Of a stretch of 64,000 nucleotides of DNA, positions 48,871 to 64,000 are shown piece by piece. Position numbers and translations under genes: made by a program. Position 1 is the stretch's first letter. Each line of letters begins with the position of its first letter. The stretch is from Nemertoderma westbladi (lineage: Eukaryota; Animalia; Xenacoelomorpha), in assembly GCA_032718475.1 (NCBI GenBank), contig JAUCBJ010007667.1, positions 62,001 to 126,000 of the forward strand, read 5' to 3'. Below the pieces are notes generated by a model. It made no database searches. It worked only from the letters and a program-made list of their open reading frames with translations, and was not told where the DNA came from.

Positions 48871-51800
48871 CATATTGAGGAACCGACTGTTTCACACTGA
48901 GGAACCGACTGTTTCACATTGAGGAACCGACTGCTTCACATTGAGGAACTGACTGTTTCTCATTGGGGAACCGACTGTTTCACATTGAGGAACCGACTGT
49001 TTCACGTTGAGGAACCGACTGTTTCACATTGAGGAACCGACTGTTTCACGTTGAGGAACCGACTGTTTCACATTGAGGAACAGACTGTTTCACATTGAGG
49101 AACCGACTGTTTCACATTGAGGAACCGACTGTTTCACATTGAGGAACCGACTGTTTCTCATTGAGGAACCGACTGTTTCACATTGAGGAACCGACTGTTT
49201 CACATTGAGGAACCGACTGTTTCACATTGAGGAACCGACTGTTTCACATTGAGGAACCGACTGTTTCACATGAGGAACCGACTGTTTCACATTGAGGAAC
49301 CGACTGTTTCACATTGAGGAACCAACTGTTTCACATTGAGGAACCGACTGTTTCACATTGAGGAACCGACTGTTTCACATTGAGGAACCGACTGTTTCAC
49401 ATTGAGGAACTGACTGTTTCACATTGAGGAACCGACTGCTTCACATTGAGGAACCGACTGTTTCTCATTGGGGAACCGACTGTTTCACATTGAGGAACCG
49501 ACTGTTTCACATTGAGGAACCGACTGTTTCACATTGAGGAACCGACTGTTTCACGTTGAGGAACCGACTGTTTCACATTGAGGAACCGACTGTTTCACAT
49601 TGAGGAACCGACTGTTTCACATTGAGGAACCAACTGTTTCACATTGAGGAACCGACTGTTTCACATTGAGGAACCGAATGTTTCACATTGAGGAACCGAC
49701 TGTTTCACATTGAGGAACTGACTGTTTCACATTGAGGAACCGACTGCTTCACATTGAGGAACCGACTGTTTCTCATTGGGGAACCGACTGTTTCACATTG
49801 AGGAACCGACTGTTTCACATTGAGGAACCGACTGTTTCACATTGAGGAACCGACTGTTTCACGTTGAGGAACCGACTGTTTCACATTGAGGAACCGACTG
49901 TTTCACATTGAGGAACCGACTGTTTCACATTGAGGAACCGACTGTTTCACATTGAGGAACCGACTATTTCACATTGAGGAACCGACTGTTTCACATTGAG
50001 GAACCGACTGTTTCACATTGAGGTACCGACTGTTTCACATTGAGGAACCGACTGTTTCACATGAGGAACCGACTGTTTCACATTGAGGAACCGACTGTTT
50101 CACATTGAGGAACCAACTGTTTCACATTGAGGAACCGACTGTTTCACATTGAGGAACCGACTGTTTCACATTGAGGAACCGACTGTTTCACACTGAGGAA
50201 CCGACTGTTTCACGTTGAGGAACCGACTGTTTCACAATGAGGAACCGACTGTTTCACATTGAGGAACCGACTGCTTCACATTGAGCAACCGACTGTTTCA
50301 CGTTGAGGAACCGACTGTTTCACATTGAGGATCCGACTGTTTCACACTGACGAACCGACTGTTTCACATTCAGGAACCGACTGTTTCACATTGAGGAACC
50401 GACTGTTTCACATTGAGGAACCGACTGCTTCACATTGAGCAACCGACTGTTTCACGTTGAGGAACCGACTGTTTCACATTGAGGATCCGACTGTTTCACA
50501 CTGACGAACCGACTGTTTCACATTCAGGAACCGACTGTTTCACATTGAGGAACCGACTGTTTCACACTGAGGAACCGACTGTTTCACATTGAGGAACCGA
50601 CTGTTTCACACTGAAGAACCGACTGTTTCACATTCAGGAACCGACTGTTTCACATTGAGGAACCGACTGTTTCACACTGAGGAACCGACTGTTTCACACT
50701 GAGGAACCGTCTGTTTCACATTCAGGAACCGACTGTTTCACATTGAGGAACCGACTGTTTCACACTGAGGAACCGACTGTTTCACACTGAGGAACCGACT
50801 GTTTCACACTGAGGAACCAACTGTTTCACATTGAGGAACCGACTGTTTCACATTGAGGAACCGACTGTTTCACACTGATGAACCGACTGTTTCACATTGA
50901 GGAACCGACTGTTTCACATTGAGGATCCGACTGTTTCACACTGAGGAACCGACTGTTTCACATTCAGGACCCGACTGTTTCACATTGAGGAACCGACTGT
51001 TTCACACTGAGGAACCGACTGTTTCACACTGAGGAACCGACTGTTTCACACTGAGGAACCGACTGTTTCACACTGATGAGCCGACTGTTTCACACTGAGG
51101 AACCGACTGTATCACATTGAGGAACCGACTGTTTCACACTGAGGAACCGACTGTTTCACATTGAGGAACCGACTGTTTCACATTGAGGAACCGACTGTTT
51201 CTCATTGAGGAACCGACTGCTTCACATTGAGGAACCGACTGTTTCTCATTGGGGAACCGACTGTTTCACATTGAGGAACCGACTGTTTCACATTGAGGAA
51301 CCGACTGTTTCACATTGAGAAACCGACTGTTTCACGTTGAGGAACCGACTGTTTCACATTGAGGAACCGACTGTTTCACATTGAGGAACCGACTGTTTCA
51401 CATTGAGGAACCGACTGTTTCACATTGAGGAACCGACTGTTTCACATTGAGGAACCGACTGTTTCACATTGAGGAACCGACTGTTTCACATTGAGGAACC
51501 GACTGTTTCACATTGAGGAACCGACTGTTTCACATGAGGAACCGACTGTTTCACATTGAGGAACCGACTGTTTCACATGAGGAACCGACTGTTTCACATT
51601 GAGGAACCGACTGTTTCACATTGAGGAACCAACTGTTTCACATTGAGGAACCGACTGTTTCACATTGAGGAATCGACTGTTTCACATTGAGGAACCGACT
51701 GTTTCACATTGAGCAACCGACTGTTTCACATTGAGGAACCGACTGTTTCACATTGAGGAACCGACTGTTTCACACTGAGGAACCGACTGTTTCACGTTGA

Positions 51801-54800
51801 GGAACCGAATGTTTCACAATGAGGAACCGACTGTTTCACATTGAGGAACCGACTGCTTCACATTGAGCAACCGACTGTTTCACGTTGAGGAACCGACTGT
51901 TTCACATTGAGGATCCGACTGTTTCACACTGAGGAACCGACTGTTTCACATTCAGGAACCGACTGTTTCACATTGAGGAACCGACTGTTTCACATTGAGG
52001 AACCGACTGTTTCACACTGAAGAACCGACTGTTTCACATTCAGGAACCGACTGTTTCACATTGAGGAACCGACTATTTCACACTGAGGAACCGACTGTTT
52101 CACACTGAGGAACCGTCTGTTTCACATTCAGGAACCGACTGTTTCACATTGAGGAACCGACTGTTTCACACTGAGGAACCGACTGTTTCACACTGAGGAA
52201 CCGACTGTTTCACACTGAGGAACCAACTGTTTCACATTGAGGAACCGACTGTTTCACACTGAGGAACCGACTGTTTCACATTGAGGAACCGACTGTTTCA
52301 CATTGAGGAACCGAATGTTTCACATTGAGGAACCGACTGTTTCACACTGAGGAAACGACTGTTTCACACTGAGGAACCGACTGTTTCACACTGAGGAACC
52401 AACTGTTTCACATTGAGGAACCGACTGTTTCACACTGAGGAACCGACTGTTTCACATTGAGGAACCGACTGTTTCACACTGAGGAACCAACTGTTTCACA
52501 TTGAGGAACCGACTGTTTCACACTGAGGAACCGACTGTTTCACATTGAGGAACCGACTGTTTCACACTGAGGAACCGACTGTTTCACACTGAGGAACCGA
52601 CTGTTTCACACTGAGGAACCGACTGTTTCACACTGAGGAACCGACTGTTTCACACTGAGGAACCAACTGTTTCACATTGAGGAACCGACTGTTTCACACT
52701 GAGGAACCGACTGTTTCACATTGAGGAACCGACTGTTTCACACTGAGGAACCGACTGTTTCACACTGAGGAACCGACTGTTTCACACTGAGGAACCGACT
52801 GTTTCACACTGAGGAACAGACTGTTTCACACTGAGGAACAGACTGTTTCACACTGAGGAACCGACTGTTTCACACTGAGGAACCGACTGTTTCACATTCA
52901 GGAACCGACTGTTTCACATTGAGGAACCGACTGTTTCACACTGAGGAACCGACTGTTTCACACTGAGGAACCGACTGTTTCACACTGAGGAACCAACTGT
53001 TTCACATTGAGGAACCGACTGTTTCACACTGAGGAACCGACTGTTTCACATTGAGGAACCGACTGTTTCACACTGAGGAACCGACTGTTTCACACTGAGG
53101 AACCGACTGTTTCACACTGAGGAACCGACTGTTTCACACTGAGGAACAGACTGTTTCACACTGAGGAACCGACTGTTTCACACTGAGGAACCGACTGTTT
53201 CACACTGAGGAACCGACTGTTTCACACTGAGGAACCGACTGTTTCACACTGAGGAACCGACTGTTTCACACTGAGGAACCGACTGTTTCACATTGAGGAA
53301 CCGACTGTTTCACACTGAGGAACCGACTGTTTCACATTGAGGAACCGACTGTTTCACATTGAAGAACCGACTGTTTCACATTGAAGAACCGACTGTTTCA
53401 CATTGAGGAACCGACTGTTTCACATTGAGGAAACGACTGTTTCACATTGAGGAACCGACTGTTTCACATTGAGGAACCGACTGTTTCACAATGAGGAACC
53501 GACTGTTTCACACTGAGGAACCGACTGTTTCACATTGAGGAACCGACTGTTTCACATTGAGGAACCGACTGTTTCACATTGAGGAACCGACTGTTTCACA
53601 CTGAGGAACCGACTGTTTCACATTGAGGAACCGACTGTTTCACATTGAGGAACCGACTGTTTCACATTGAGGAACCGACTGTTTCACACTGAGGAACCGA
53701 CTGTTTCACATTGAGGAACCGACTGTTTCACATTGAAGAACCGACTGTTTCACATTGAGGAACCGACTGTTTCACACTGAGGAACTGACTGTTTCACACT
53801 GAGGAACCGACTGTTTCACATTGAGGAACCGACTGTTTCACATTGAGGAACCGACTGTTTCACATTGAGGAACCGACTGTTTCACATTGAGGAACCGACT
53901 GTTTCACATTGAGGAACCGACTGTTTCACATTGAAAACCGACTGTTTCACATTGAGGAACCGACTGTTTCACATTGAGGAACCGACTGTTTCACATTGAG
54001 GAACCGACTGTTTCACACTGAGGAACCGACTGTTTCACATTGAGGAACCGACTGTTTCACATTGAAGAACCGACTGTTTCACATTGAGGAACCGACTGTT
54101 TCACACTGAGGAACAGACTGTTTCACACTGAGGAACAGACTGTTTCACACTGAGGAACAGACTGTTTCACACTGAGGAACCGACTGTTTCACACTGAGGA
54201 ACCGACTGTTTCACACTGAGGAACCGACTGTTTCACATTGAGGAACCGACTGTTTCACATTGAAGAACCGACTGTTTCACATTGAGGAACCGACTGTTTC
54301 ACACTGAGGAACAGACTGTTTCACACTGAGGAACAGACTGTTTCACACTGAGGAACAGACTGTTTCACACTGAGGAACCGACTGTTTCACACTGAGGAAC
54401 CGACTGTTTCACACTGAGGAACCGACTGTTTCACATTGAGGAACCGACTGTTTCACATTGAAGAACCGACTGTTTCACATTGAGGAACCGACTGTTTCAC
54501 ATTGAAGAACCGACTGTTTCACATTGAGGAACCGACTGTTTCACATTGAGGAACCGACTGCTTCACATTGAGGAACCGACTGTTTCTCATTGGGGAACCG
54601 ACTGTTTCACATTGAGGAACCGACTGTTTCACATTGAGGAACCGACTGTTTCACATTGAGAAACCGACTGTTTCACGTTGAGGAACCGACTGTTTCACAT
54701 TGAGGAACCGACTGTTTCACATTGAGGAACCGACTGTTTCACATTGAGGAACCGACTGTTTCACATTGAGGAACCGACTGTTTCACATTGAGGAACCGAC

Positions 54801-57800
54801 TGTTTCACATTGAGGAACCGACTGTTTCACATTGAGGAACCGACTGTTTCACATTGAGGAACCGACTGTTTCACATTGAGGAACCGACTGTTTCACATTG
54901 AGGAACCGACTGTTTCACATGAGGAACCGACTGTTTCACATTGAGGAACCGACTGTTTCACATTGAGGAACCAACTGTTTCACATTGAGGAACCGACTGT
55001 TTCACATTGAGGAATCGACTGTTTCACATTGAGGAACCGACTGTTTCACATTGAGCAACCGACTGTTTCACATTGAGGAACCGACTGTTTCACATTGAGG
55101 AACCGTCTGTTTCACACTGAGGAACCGACTGTTTCACGTTGAGGAACCGAATGTTTCACAATGAGGAACCGACTGTTTCACATTGAGGAACCGACTGCTT
55201 CACATTGAGCAACCGACTGTTTCACGTTGAGGAACCGACTGTTTCACATTGAGGATCCGACTGTTTCACACTGAGGAACCGACTGTTTCACATTCAGGAA
55301 CCGACTGTTTCACATTGAGGAACCGACTGTTTCACATTGAGGAACCGACTGTTTCACACTGAAGAACCGACTGTTTCACATTCAGGAACCGACTGTTTCA
55401 CATTGAGGAACCGACTATTTCACACTGAGGAACCGACTGTTTCACACTGAGGAACCGTCTGTTTCACATTCAGGAACCGACTGTTTCACATTGAGGAACC
55501 GACTGTTTCACACTGAGGAACCGACTGTTTCACACTGAGGAACCGACTGTTTCACACTGAGGAACCAACTGTTTCACATTGAGGAACCGACTGTTTCACA
55601 CTGAGGAACCGACTGTTTCACATTGAGGAACCGACTGTTTCACATTGAGGATCCGACTGTTTCACACTGAGGAACCGACTGTTTCACATTCAGGAACCGA
55701 CTGTTTCACATTGAGGAACCGACTGTTTCACACTGAGGAACCGACTGTTTCACACTGAGGAACCGACTGTTTCACACTGAGGAACCAACTGTTTCACATT
55801 GAGGAACCGACTGTTTCACACTGAGGAACCGACTGTTTCACATTGAGGAACCGACTGTTTCACACTGAGGAACCGACTGTTTCACACTGAGGAACCGACT
55901 GTTTCACACTGAGGAACCGACTGTTTCACACTGAGGAACAGACTGTTTCACACTGAGGAACCGACTGTTTCACACTGAGGAACCGACTGTTTCACACTGA
56001 GGAACCGACTGTTTCACACTGAGGAACCGACTGTTTCACACTGAGGAACCGACTGTTTCACACTGAGGAACCGACTGTTTCACATTGAGGAACCGACAGT
56101 TTCACACTGAGGAACCGACTGTTTCACATTGAGGAACCGACTGTTTCACATTGAAGAACCGACTGTATCACATTGAAGAACCGACTGTTTCACATTGAGG
56201 AACCGACTGTTTCACATTGAGGAAACGACTGTTTCACATTGAGGAACCGACTGTTTCACATTGAGGAACCGACTGTTTCACAATGAGGAACCGACTGTTT
56301 CACACTGAGGAACCGACTGTTTCACATTGAGGAACCGACTGTTTCACATTGAGGAACCGACTGTTTCACATTGAGGAACCGACTGTTTCACACTGAGGAA
56401 CCGACTGTTTCACATTGAGGAACCGACTGTTTCACATTGAGGAACCGACTGTTTCACATTGAGGAACCGACTGTTTCACACTGAGGAACCGACTGTTTCA
56501 GATTGAGGAACCGACTGTTTCACATTGAAGAACCGACTGTTTCACATTGAGGAACCGACTGTTTCACACTGAGGAACTGACTGTTTCACACTGAGGAACC
56601 GACTGTTTCACATTGAGGAACCGAATGTTTCACATTGAAGAACCGACTGTTTCACATTGAGGAACCGACTGTTTCACATTGAAGAACCGACTGTTTCACA
56701 TTGAGGAACCGACTGTTTCACATTGAAAAACCGACTGTTTCACATTGAGGAACCGACAGTTTCACATTGAGGAACCGACTGTTTCACATTGAGGAACCGA
56801 CTGTTTCACACTGAGGAACCGACTGTTTCACATTGAGGAACCGACTGTTTCACATTGAAGAACCGACTGTTTCACATTGAGGAACCGACTGTTTCACACT
56901 GAGGAACAGACTGTTTCACACTGAGGAACAGACTGTTTCACACTGAGGAACAGACTGTTTCACACTGAGGAACCGACTGTTTCACACTGAGGAACCGACT
57001 GTTTCACACTGAGGAACCGACTGTTTCACATTGAGGAACCGACTGTTTCACATTGAAGAACCGACTGTTTCACATTGAGGAACCGACTGTTTCACATTGA
57101 AGAACCGACTGTTTCACATTGAGGAACCGACTGTTTCACATTGAAAAACCGACTGTTTCACATTGAGGAACCGACAGTTTCACATTGAGGAACCGACTGT
57201 TTCACACTGAGGAACCGACTGTTTCACACTGAGGAACCGACTGTTTCACATTGAGGAACCGACTGTTTCACATTGAAGAACCGACTGTTTCACATTGGGG
57301 AACCGACTGTTTCACATTGAAGATTCGACTGTTTCACATTGAGGAACCGACTGTTTCACATTGAAGAACCGACTGTTTCACATTGAGGAACCGACTGTTT
57401 CACACTGAGGAACAGACTGTTTCACACTGAGGAACCGACTGTTTCACACTGAGGAACCGACTGTTTCACACTGAGGAACCGACTGTTTCACATTGAGGAA
57501 CCGACTGTTTCACATTGAAGAACCGACTGTTTCACATTGAGGAACCGACTGTTTCACATTGAAGAACCGACTGTTTCACATTGAGGAACCGACTGTTTCA
57601 CATTGAAAAACCGACTGTTTCACATTGAGGAACCGACAGTTTCACATTGAGGAACCGACTGTTTCACACTGAGGAACCGACTGTTTCACACTGAGGAACC
57701 GACTGTTTCACATTGAGGAACCGACTGTTTCACATTGAAGAACCGACTGTTTCACATTGGGGAACCGACTGTTTCACATTGAAGATTCGACTGTTTCACA

Positions 57801-60800
57801 TTGAGGAACCGACTGTTTCACATTGAAGAACCGACTGTTTCACATTGAGGAACCGACTGTTTCACATTGAAGAACCGACTGTTTCACATTGAGGAACCGA
57901 CTGTTTCACATTGAGGAACCGACTGTTTCACATTGAGGAACCGACTGTTTCACACTGAGGAACCGACTGTTTCAGATTGAGGAACCGACTGTTTCACATT
58001 GAAGAACCGACTGTTTCACATTGAGGAACCGACTGTTTCACACTGAGGAACTGACTGTTTCACACTGAGGAACCGACTGTTTCACATTGAGGAACCGAAT
58101 GTTTCACATTGAAGAGCCGACTGTTTCACATTGAGGAACCGACTGTTTCACATTGAAGAACCGACTGTTTCACATTGAGGAACCGACTGTTTCACATTGA
58201 AAAACCGACTGTTTCACATTGAGGAACCGACAGTTTCACATTGAGGAACCGACTGTTTCACATTGAGGAACCGACTGTTTCACACTGAGGAACCGACTGT
58301 TTCACATTGAGGAACCGACTGTTTCACATTGAAGAACCGACTGTTTCACATTGAGGAACCGACTGTTTCACATTGAAGATTCGACTGTTTCACATTGAGG
58401 AACCGACTGTTTCACATTTAAGAACCGACTGTTTCACATTGAGGAACCGACTGTTTCACATTGAAGAACCGACTGTTTCACATTGAGGAACCGACTGTTT
58501 CACATTGAGGAACCGACTGTTTCACACTGAGGAACGGACTGTTTCACACTGACGAACCTACTGTTTCACATTCAGGAACCGACTGTTTCACATTGAGGAA
58601 CCGACTGTTTCACACTGTGGAACCGACTGTTTCACACTGAGAAACCGACTGTTTCACACTGAGGAACCAACTGTTTCAAATTGAGGAACCGACTGTTTCA
58701 CACTGAGGAACCGACTGTTTCACATTGAGGAACCGACTGTTTCACACTGAGGAACCGACTGTTTCACACTGAGGAACCGACTGTTTCACACTGAGAAACC
58801 GACTGTTTCACACTGAGGAACAGACTGTTTCACACTGAGGAACCGACTGTTTCACACTGAGGAACCGACTGTTTCACACTGAGGAACCGACTGTTTCACA
58901 CTGAGGAACCGACTGTTTCACACTGATGAGCCGACTGTTTCACACTGAGGAACCGACTGTTTCACATGGAGGAACCGACTGTTTCACACTGAGGAACGGA
59001 CTGTTTCACATTGAGGAACCGAATGTTTCACATTGAAGAACCGACTGTTTCACATTGAAGAACCGACTGTTTCACATTGGACTGTTTCACATTGAGGAAC
59101 CGACTGTTTCACATTGAGGAACCGACTGTTTCACATTGAGGAACCGACTGTTTCACAATGAGGAACCGACTGTTTCACACTGAGGAACCGACTGTTTCAC
59201 ATTGAGGAACCGACTGTTTCACATTGAAGAACCGACTGTTTCACATTGAGGAACCGACTGTTTCACACTGAGGAACCGACTGTTTCACATTGAGGAACCG
59301 ACTGTTTCACATTGAGGAACCGACTGTTTCACATTGAGGAACCGACTGTTTCACACTGAGGAACCGACTGTTTCAGATTGAGGAACCGACTGTTTCACAT
59401 TGAAGAACCGACTGTTTCACATTGAGGAACCGACTGTTTCACACTGAGGAACCGACTGTTTCACACTGAGGAAGCGACTGTTTCACATTGAGGAACCGAC
59501 TGTTTCACATTGAAGAACCGACTGTTTCACATTGAGGAACCGACTGTTTCACATTGAGGAACCGACTGTTTCACATTGAAAAACCGACTGTTTCACATTG
59601 AGGAACCGACAGTTTCACATTGAGGAACCGACTGTTTCACACTGAGGAACCGACTGTTTAACACTGAGGAACCGACTGTTTCACACTGAGGAACCGACTG
59701 TTTCACATTGAGGAACCGACTGTTTCACACTGAGGAACCGACTGTTTCAGATTAAGGAACCGACTGTTTCACATTGAGGAACCGACTGTTTCACATTGAA
59801 GAACCGACTGTACAGAGGAACTGACTGTTTCACACTGAGGAACCGACTGTTTCACATTGAGGAACCGAATGTTTCACATTGAAGAGCCGACTGTTTCACA
59901 TTGAGGAACCGACAGTTTCACATTGAAGAACCGACTGTTTCACATTGAGGAACCGACTGTTTCACATTGAAAAACCGACTGTTTCACATTGAGGAACCGA
60001 CAGTTTCACATTGAGGAAACGACTGTTTCACACTGAGAAACCGACTGTTTCACACTGAGGAACCAACTGTTTCAAATTGAGGAACCGACTGTTTCACACT
60101 GAGGAACCGACTGTTTCACATTGAGGAACCGACTGTTTCACACTGAGGAACCGACTGTTTCACACTGAGGAACCGACTGTTTCACACTGAGAAGCCGACT
60201 GTTTCACACTGAGGAACAGACTGTTTCACACTGAGGAACCGACTGTTTCACACTGAGGAACCGACTGTTTCACACTGAGGAACCGACTGTTTCACACTGA
60301 GGAACCGACTGTTTCACACTGATGAGTCGACTGTTTCACACTGAGGAACCGACTGTTTCACATTGAGGAACCGACTGTTTCACACTGAGGAACGGACTGT
60401 TTCACATTGAGGAACCGAATGTTTCACATTGAAGAACCGACTGTTTCACATTGAAGAACCTACTGTTTCACATTGAGGAACCGACTGTTTCACATTGAGG
60501 AAACGACTGTTTCACATTGAGGAACCGACTGTTTCACATTGAGGAACCGACTGTTTCACAATGAGGAACCGACTGTTTCACACTGAGGAACCGACTGTTT
60601 CACATTGAGGAACCGACTGTTTCACATTGAGGAACCGACTGTTTCACATTGAGGAACCGACTGTTTCACACTGAGGAACCGACTGTTTCACATTGAGGAA
60701 CCGACTGTTTCACATTGAGGAACCGACTGTTTCACATTGAGGAACCGACTGTTTCACACTGAGGAACCGACTGTTTCAGATTGAGGAACCGACTGTTTCA

Positions 60801-63800
60801 CATTGAAGAACCGACTGTTTCACATTGAGGAACCGACTGTTTCACACTGAGGAACCGACTGTTTCACACTGAGGAAGCGACTGTTTCACATTGAGGAACC
60901 GACTGTTTCACATTGAAGAACCGACTGTTTCACATTGAGGAACCGACTGTTTCACATTGAGGAACCGACTGTTTCACATTGAAAAACCGACTGTTTCACA
61001 TTGAGGAACCGACAGTTTCACATTGAGGAACCGACTGTTTCACACTGAGGAACCGACTGTTTAACACTGAGGAACCGACTGTTTCACACTGAGGAACCGA
61101 CTGTTTCACATTGAGGAACCGACTGTTTCACACTGAGGAACCGACTGTTTCAGATTGAGGAACCGACTGTTTCACATTGAGGAACCGACTGTTTCACATT
61201 GAAGAACCGACTGTACAGAGGAACTGACTGTTTCACACTGAGGAACCGACTGTTTCACATTGAGGAACCGAATGTTTCACATTGAAGAGCCGACTGTTTC
61301 ACATTGAGGAACCGACTGTTTCACATTCAAGAACCGACTGTTTCACATTGAGGAACCGACTGTTTCACATTGAAAAACCGACTGTTTCACATTGAGGAAC
61401 CGACAGTTTCACATTGAGGAACCGACTGTTTCACATTGAGGAACCGACTGTTTCACACTGAGGAACCGACTGTTTCACATTGAGGAACCGACTGTTTCAC
61501 ATTGAAGAACCGACTGTTTCACATTGAGGAACCGACTGTTTCACATTGAAGATTCGACTGTTTCACATTGAGGAACCGACTGTTTCACATTTAAGAACCG
61601 ACTGTTTCACATTGAGGAACCGACTGTTTCACATTGAAGAACCGACTGTTTCACATTGAGGAACCGACTGTTTCACATTGAGGAACCGAATGTTTCACAC
61701 TGAGGAACGGACTGTTTCACACTGACGAACCTACTGTTTCACATTCAGGAACCGACTGTTTCACATTGAGGAACCGACTGTTTCACACTGTGGAACCGAC
61801 TGTTTCACACTGAGAAACCGACTGTTTCACACTGAGGAACCAACTGTTTCAAATTGAGGAACCGACTGTTTCACACTGAGGAACCGACTGTTTCACATTG
61901 AGGAACCGACTGTTTCACACTGAAGAACCGACTGTTTCACACTGAGGAACCGACTGTTTCACACTGAGAAGCCGACTGTTTCACACTGAGGAACAGACTG
62001 TTTCACACTGAGGAACCGACTGTTTCACACTGAGGAACCGACTGTTTCACACTGAGGAACCGACTGTTTCACATTGAGGAACCGACTGTTTCACACTGAG
62101 GAACCGACTGTTTCAGATTAAGGAACCGACTGTTTCACATTGAGGAACCGACTGTTTCACATTGAAGAACCGACTGTACAGAGGAACTGACTGTTTCACA
62201 CTGAGGAACCGACTGTTTCACATTGAGGAACCGAATGTTTCACATTGAAGAGCCGACTGTTTCACATTGAGGAACCGACAGTTTCACATTGAAGAACCGA
62301 CTGTTTCACATTGAGGAACCGACTGTTTCACATTGAAAAACCGACTGTTTCACATTGAGGAACCGACAGTTTCACATTGAGGAAACGACTGTTTCACACT
62401 GAGAAACCGACTGTTTCACACTGAGGAACCAACTGTTTCAAATTGAGGAACCGACTGTTTCACACTGAGGAACCGACTGTTTCACATTGAGGAACCGACT
62501 GTTTCACACTGAGGAACCGACTGTTTCACACTGAGGAACCGACTGTTTCACACTGAGAAGCCGACTGTTTCACACTGAGGAACAGACTGTTTCACACTGA
62601 GGAACCGACTGTTTCACACTGAGGAACCGACTGTTTCACACTGAGGAACCGACTGTTTCACACTGAGGAACCGACTGTTTCACACTGATGAGCCGACTGT
62701 TTCACACTGAGGAACCGACTGTTTCACATTGAGGAACCGACTGTTTCACACTGAGGAACGGACTGTTTCACATTGAGGAACCGAATGTTTCACATTGAAG
62801 AACCGACTGTTTCACATTGAAGAACCTACTGTTTCACATTGAGGAACCGACTGTTTCACATTGAGGAAACGACTGTTTCACATTGAGGAACCGACTGTTT
62901 CACATTGAGGAACTGACTGTTTCACAATGAGGAACCGACTGTTTCACACTGAGGAACCGACTGTTTCACATTGAGGAACCGACTGTTTCACATTGAGGAA
63001 CCGACTGTTTCACATTGAGGAACCGACTGTTTCACACTGAGGAACCGACTGTTTCACATTGAGGAACCGACTGTTTCACATTGAGGAACCGACTGTTTCA
63101 CATTGAGGAACCGACTGTTTCACACTGAGGAACCGACTGTTTCAGATTGAGGAACCGACTGTTTCACATTGAAGAACCGACTGTTTCACATTGAGGAACC
63201 GACTGTTTCACACTGAGGAACCGACTGTTTCACACTGAGGAAGCGACTGTTTCACATTGAGGAACCGACTGTTTCACATTGAAGAACCGACTGTTTCACA
63301 TTGAGGAACCGACTGTTTCACATTGAGGAACCGACTGTTTCACATTGAAAAACCGACTGTTTCACATTGAGGAACCGACAGTTTCACATTGAGGAACCGA
63401 CTGTTTCACACTGAGGAACCGACTGTTTAACACTGAGGAACCGACTGTTTCACACTGAGGAACCGACTGTTTCACATTGAGGAACCGACTGTTTCACACT
63501 GAGGAACCGACTGTTTCACACTGAGGAACCGACTGTTTCACATTGAGGAACCGACTGTTTCACATTGAGGAACCGACTGTTTCACATTGAAGAACCGACT
63601 GTACAGAGGAACTGACTGTTTCACACTGAGGAACCGACTGTTTCACATTGAGGAACCGAATGTTTCACATTGAGGAACCGACTGTTTCACACTGAGGAAC
63701 CGACTGTTTCAGATTGAGGAACCGACTGTTTCACATTGAGGAACCGACTGTTTCACATTGAAGAACCGACTGTACAGAGGAACTGACTGTTTCACACTGA

Positions 63801-64000
63801 GGAACCGACTGTTTCACATTGAGGAACCGACTGTTTCACATTGAGGAACCGAATGTTTCACATTGAAGAACCGACTGTACAGAGGAACTGACTGTTTCAC
63901 ACTGAGGAACCGACTGTTTCACATTGAGGAACCGAATGTTTCACATTGAGGAACCGACTGTTTCACACTGAGGAACCGACTGTTTCAGATTGAGGAACCG
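48871..64000. repeat. 22-bp satellite CACA(T/C)TGAGGAACCGACTGTTT, about 690 copies in the window, continuing past the right edge
   Basis: Period 22 (48893, 48915, ...); uninterrupted, highly homogeneous array. Confidence 0.99.

Noticed and set aside
48871-64000. CRISPR-like array (also considered for 38908-39295 and 10242-12611)
   Set aside because: Units are directly adjacent with no unique spacers, there are no cas genes, and the context is eukaryotic.

Overview
AT-rich, repeat-laden animal (probably invertebrate bilaterian) genomic DNA, not prokaryotic. It holds two clear protein-coding genes arranged divergently about 27 kb apart: a nearly intronless striatin-family gene (minus strand, 7027-9462, one 141-bp coding intron) and an intronless Frizzled-5/8 gene (plus strand, 36739-38430). 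About a third of the window is tandem repeat: a 16-17-bp array (10.2-12.6 kb), a GT-rich 26-bp array with a 144-bp higher-order repeat (30.3-35.3 kb), paired 16-bp and 26-bp arrays behind Fz5/8, and a 22-bp satellite of more than 15 kb running off the right edge. Mobile DNA includes a 5'-truncated RTE-clade LINE with a target-site duplication (TSD) plus several fragments, a hAT-like non-autonomous element with an 8-bp TSD, other MITE-like elements, and a TSD-flanked tRNA-like cassette. The best second-look signals are four perfect PBX-MEIS decamers within 6 kb of the intergenic region, the tRNA-cloverleaf plus 43-bp-hairpin insertion, and a terminal-inverted-repeat (TIR)-bounded element whose two arms have expanded into different minisatellites. 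I found no evidence of a novel multi-gene system. All alignments and counts were done by eye.
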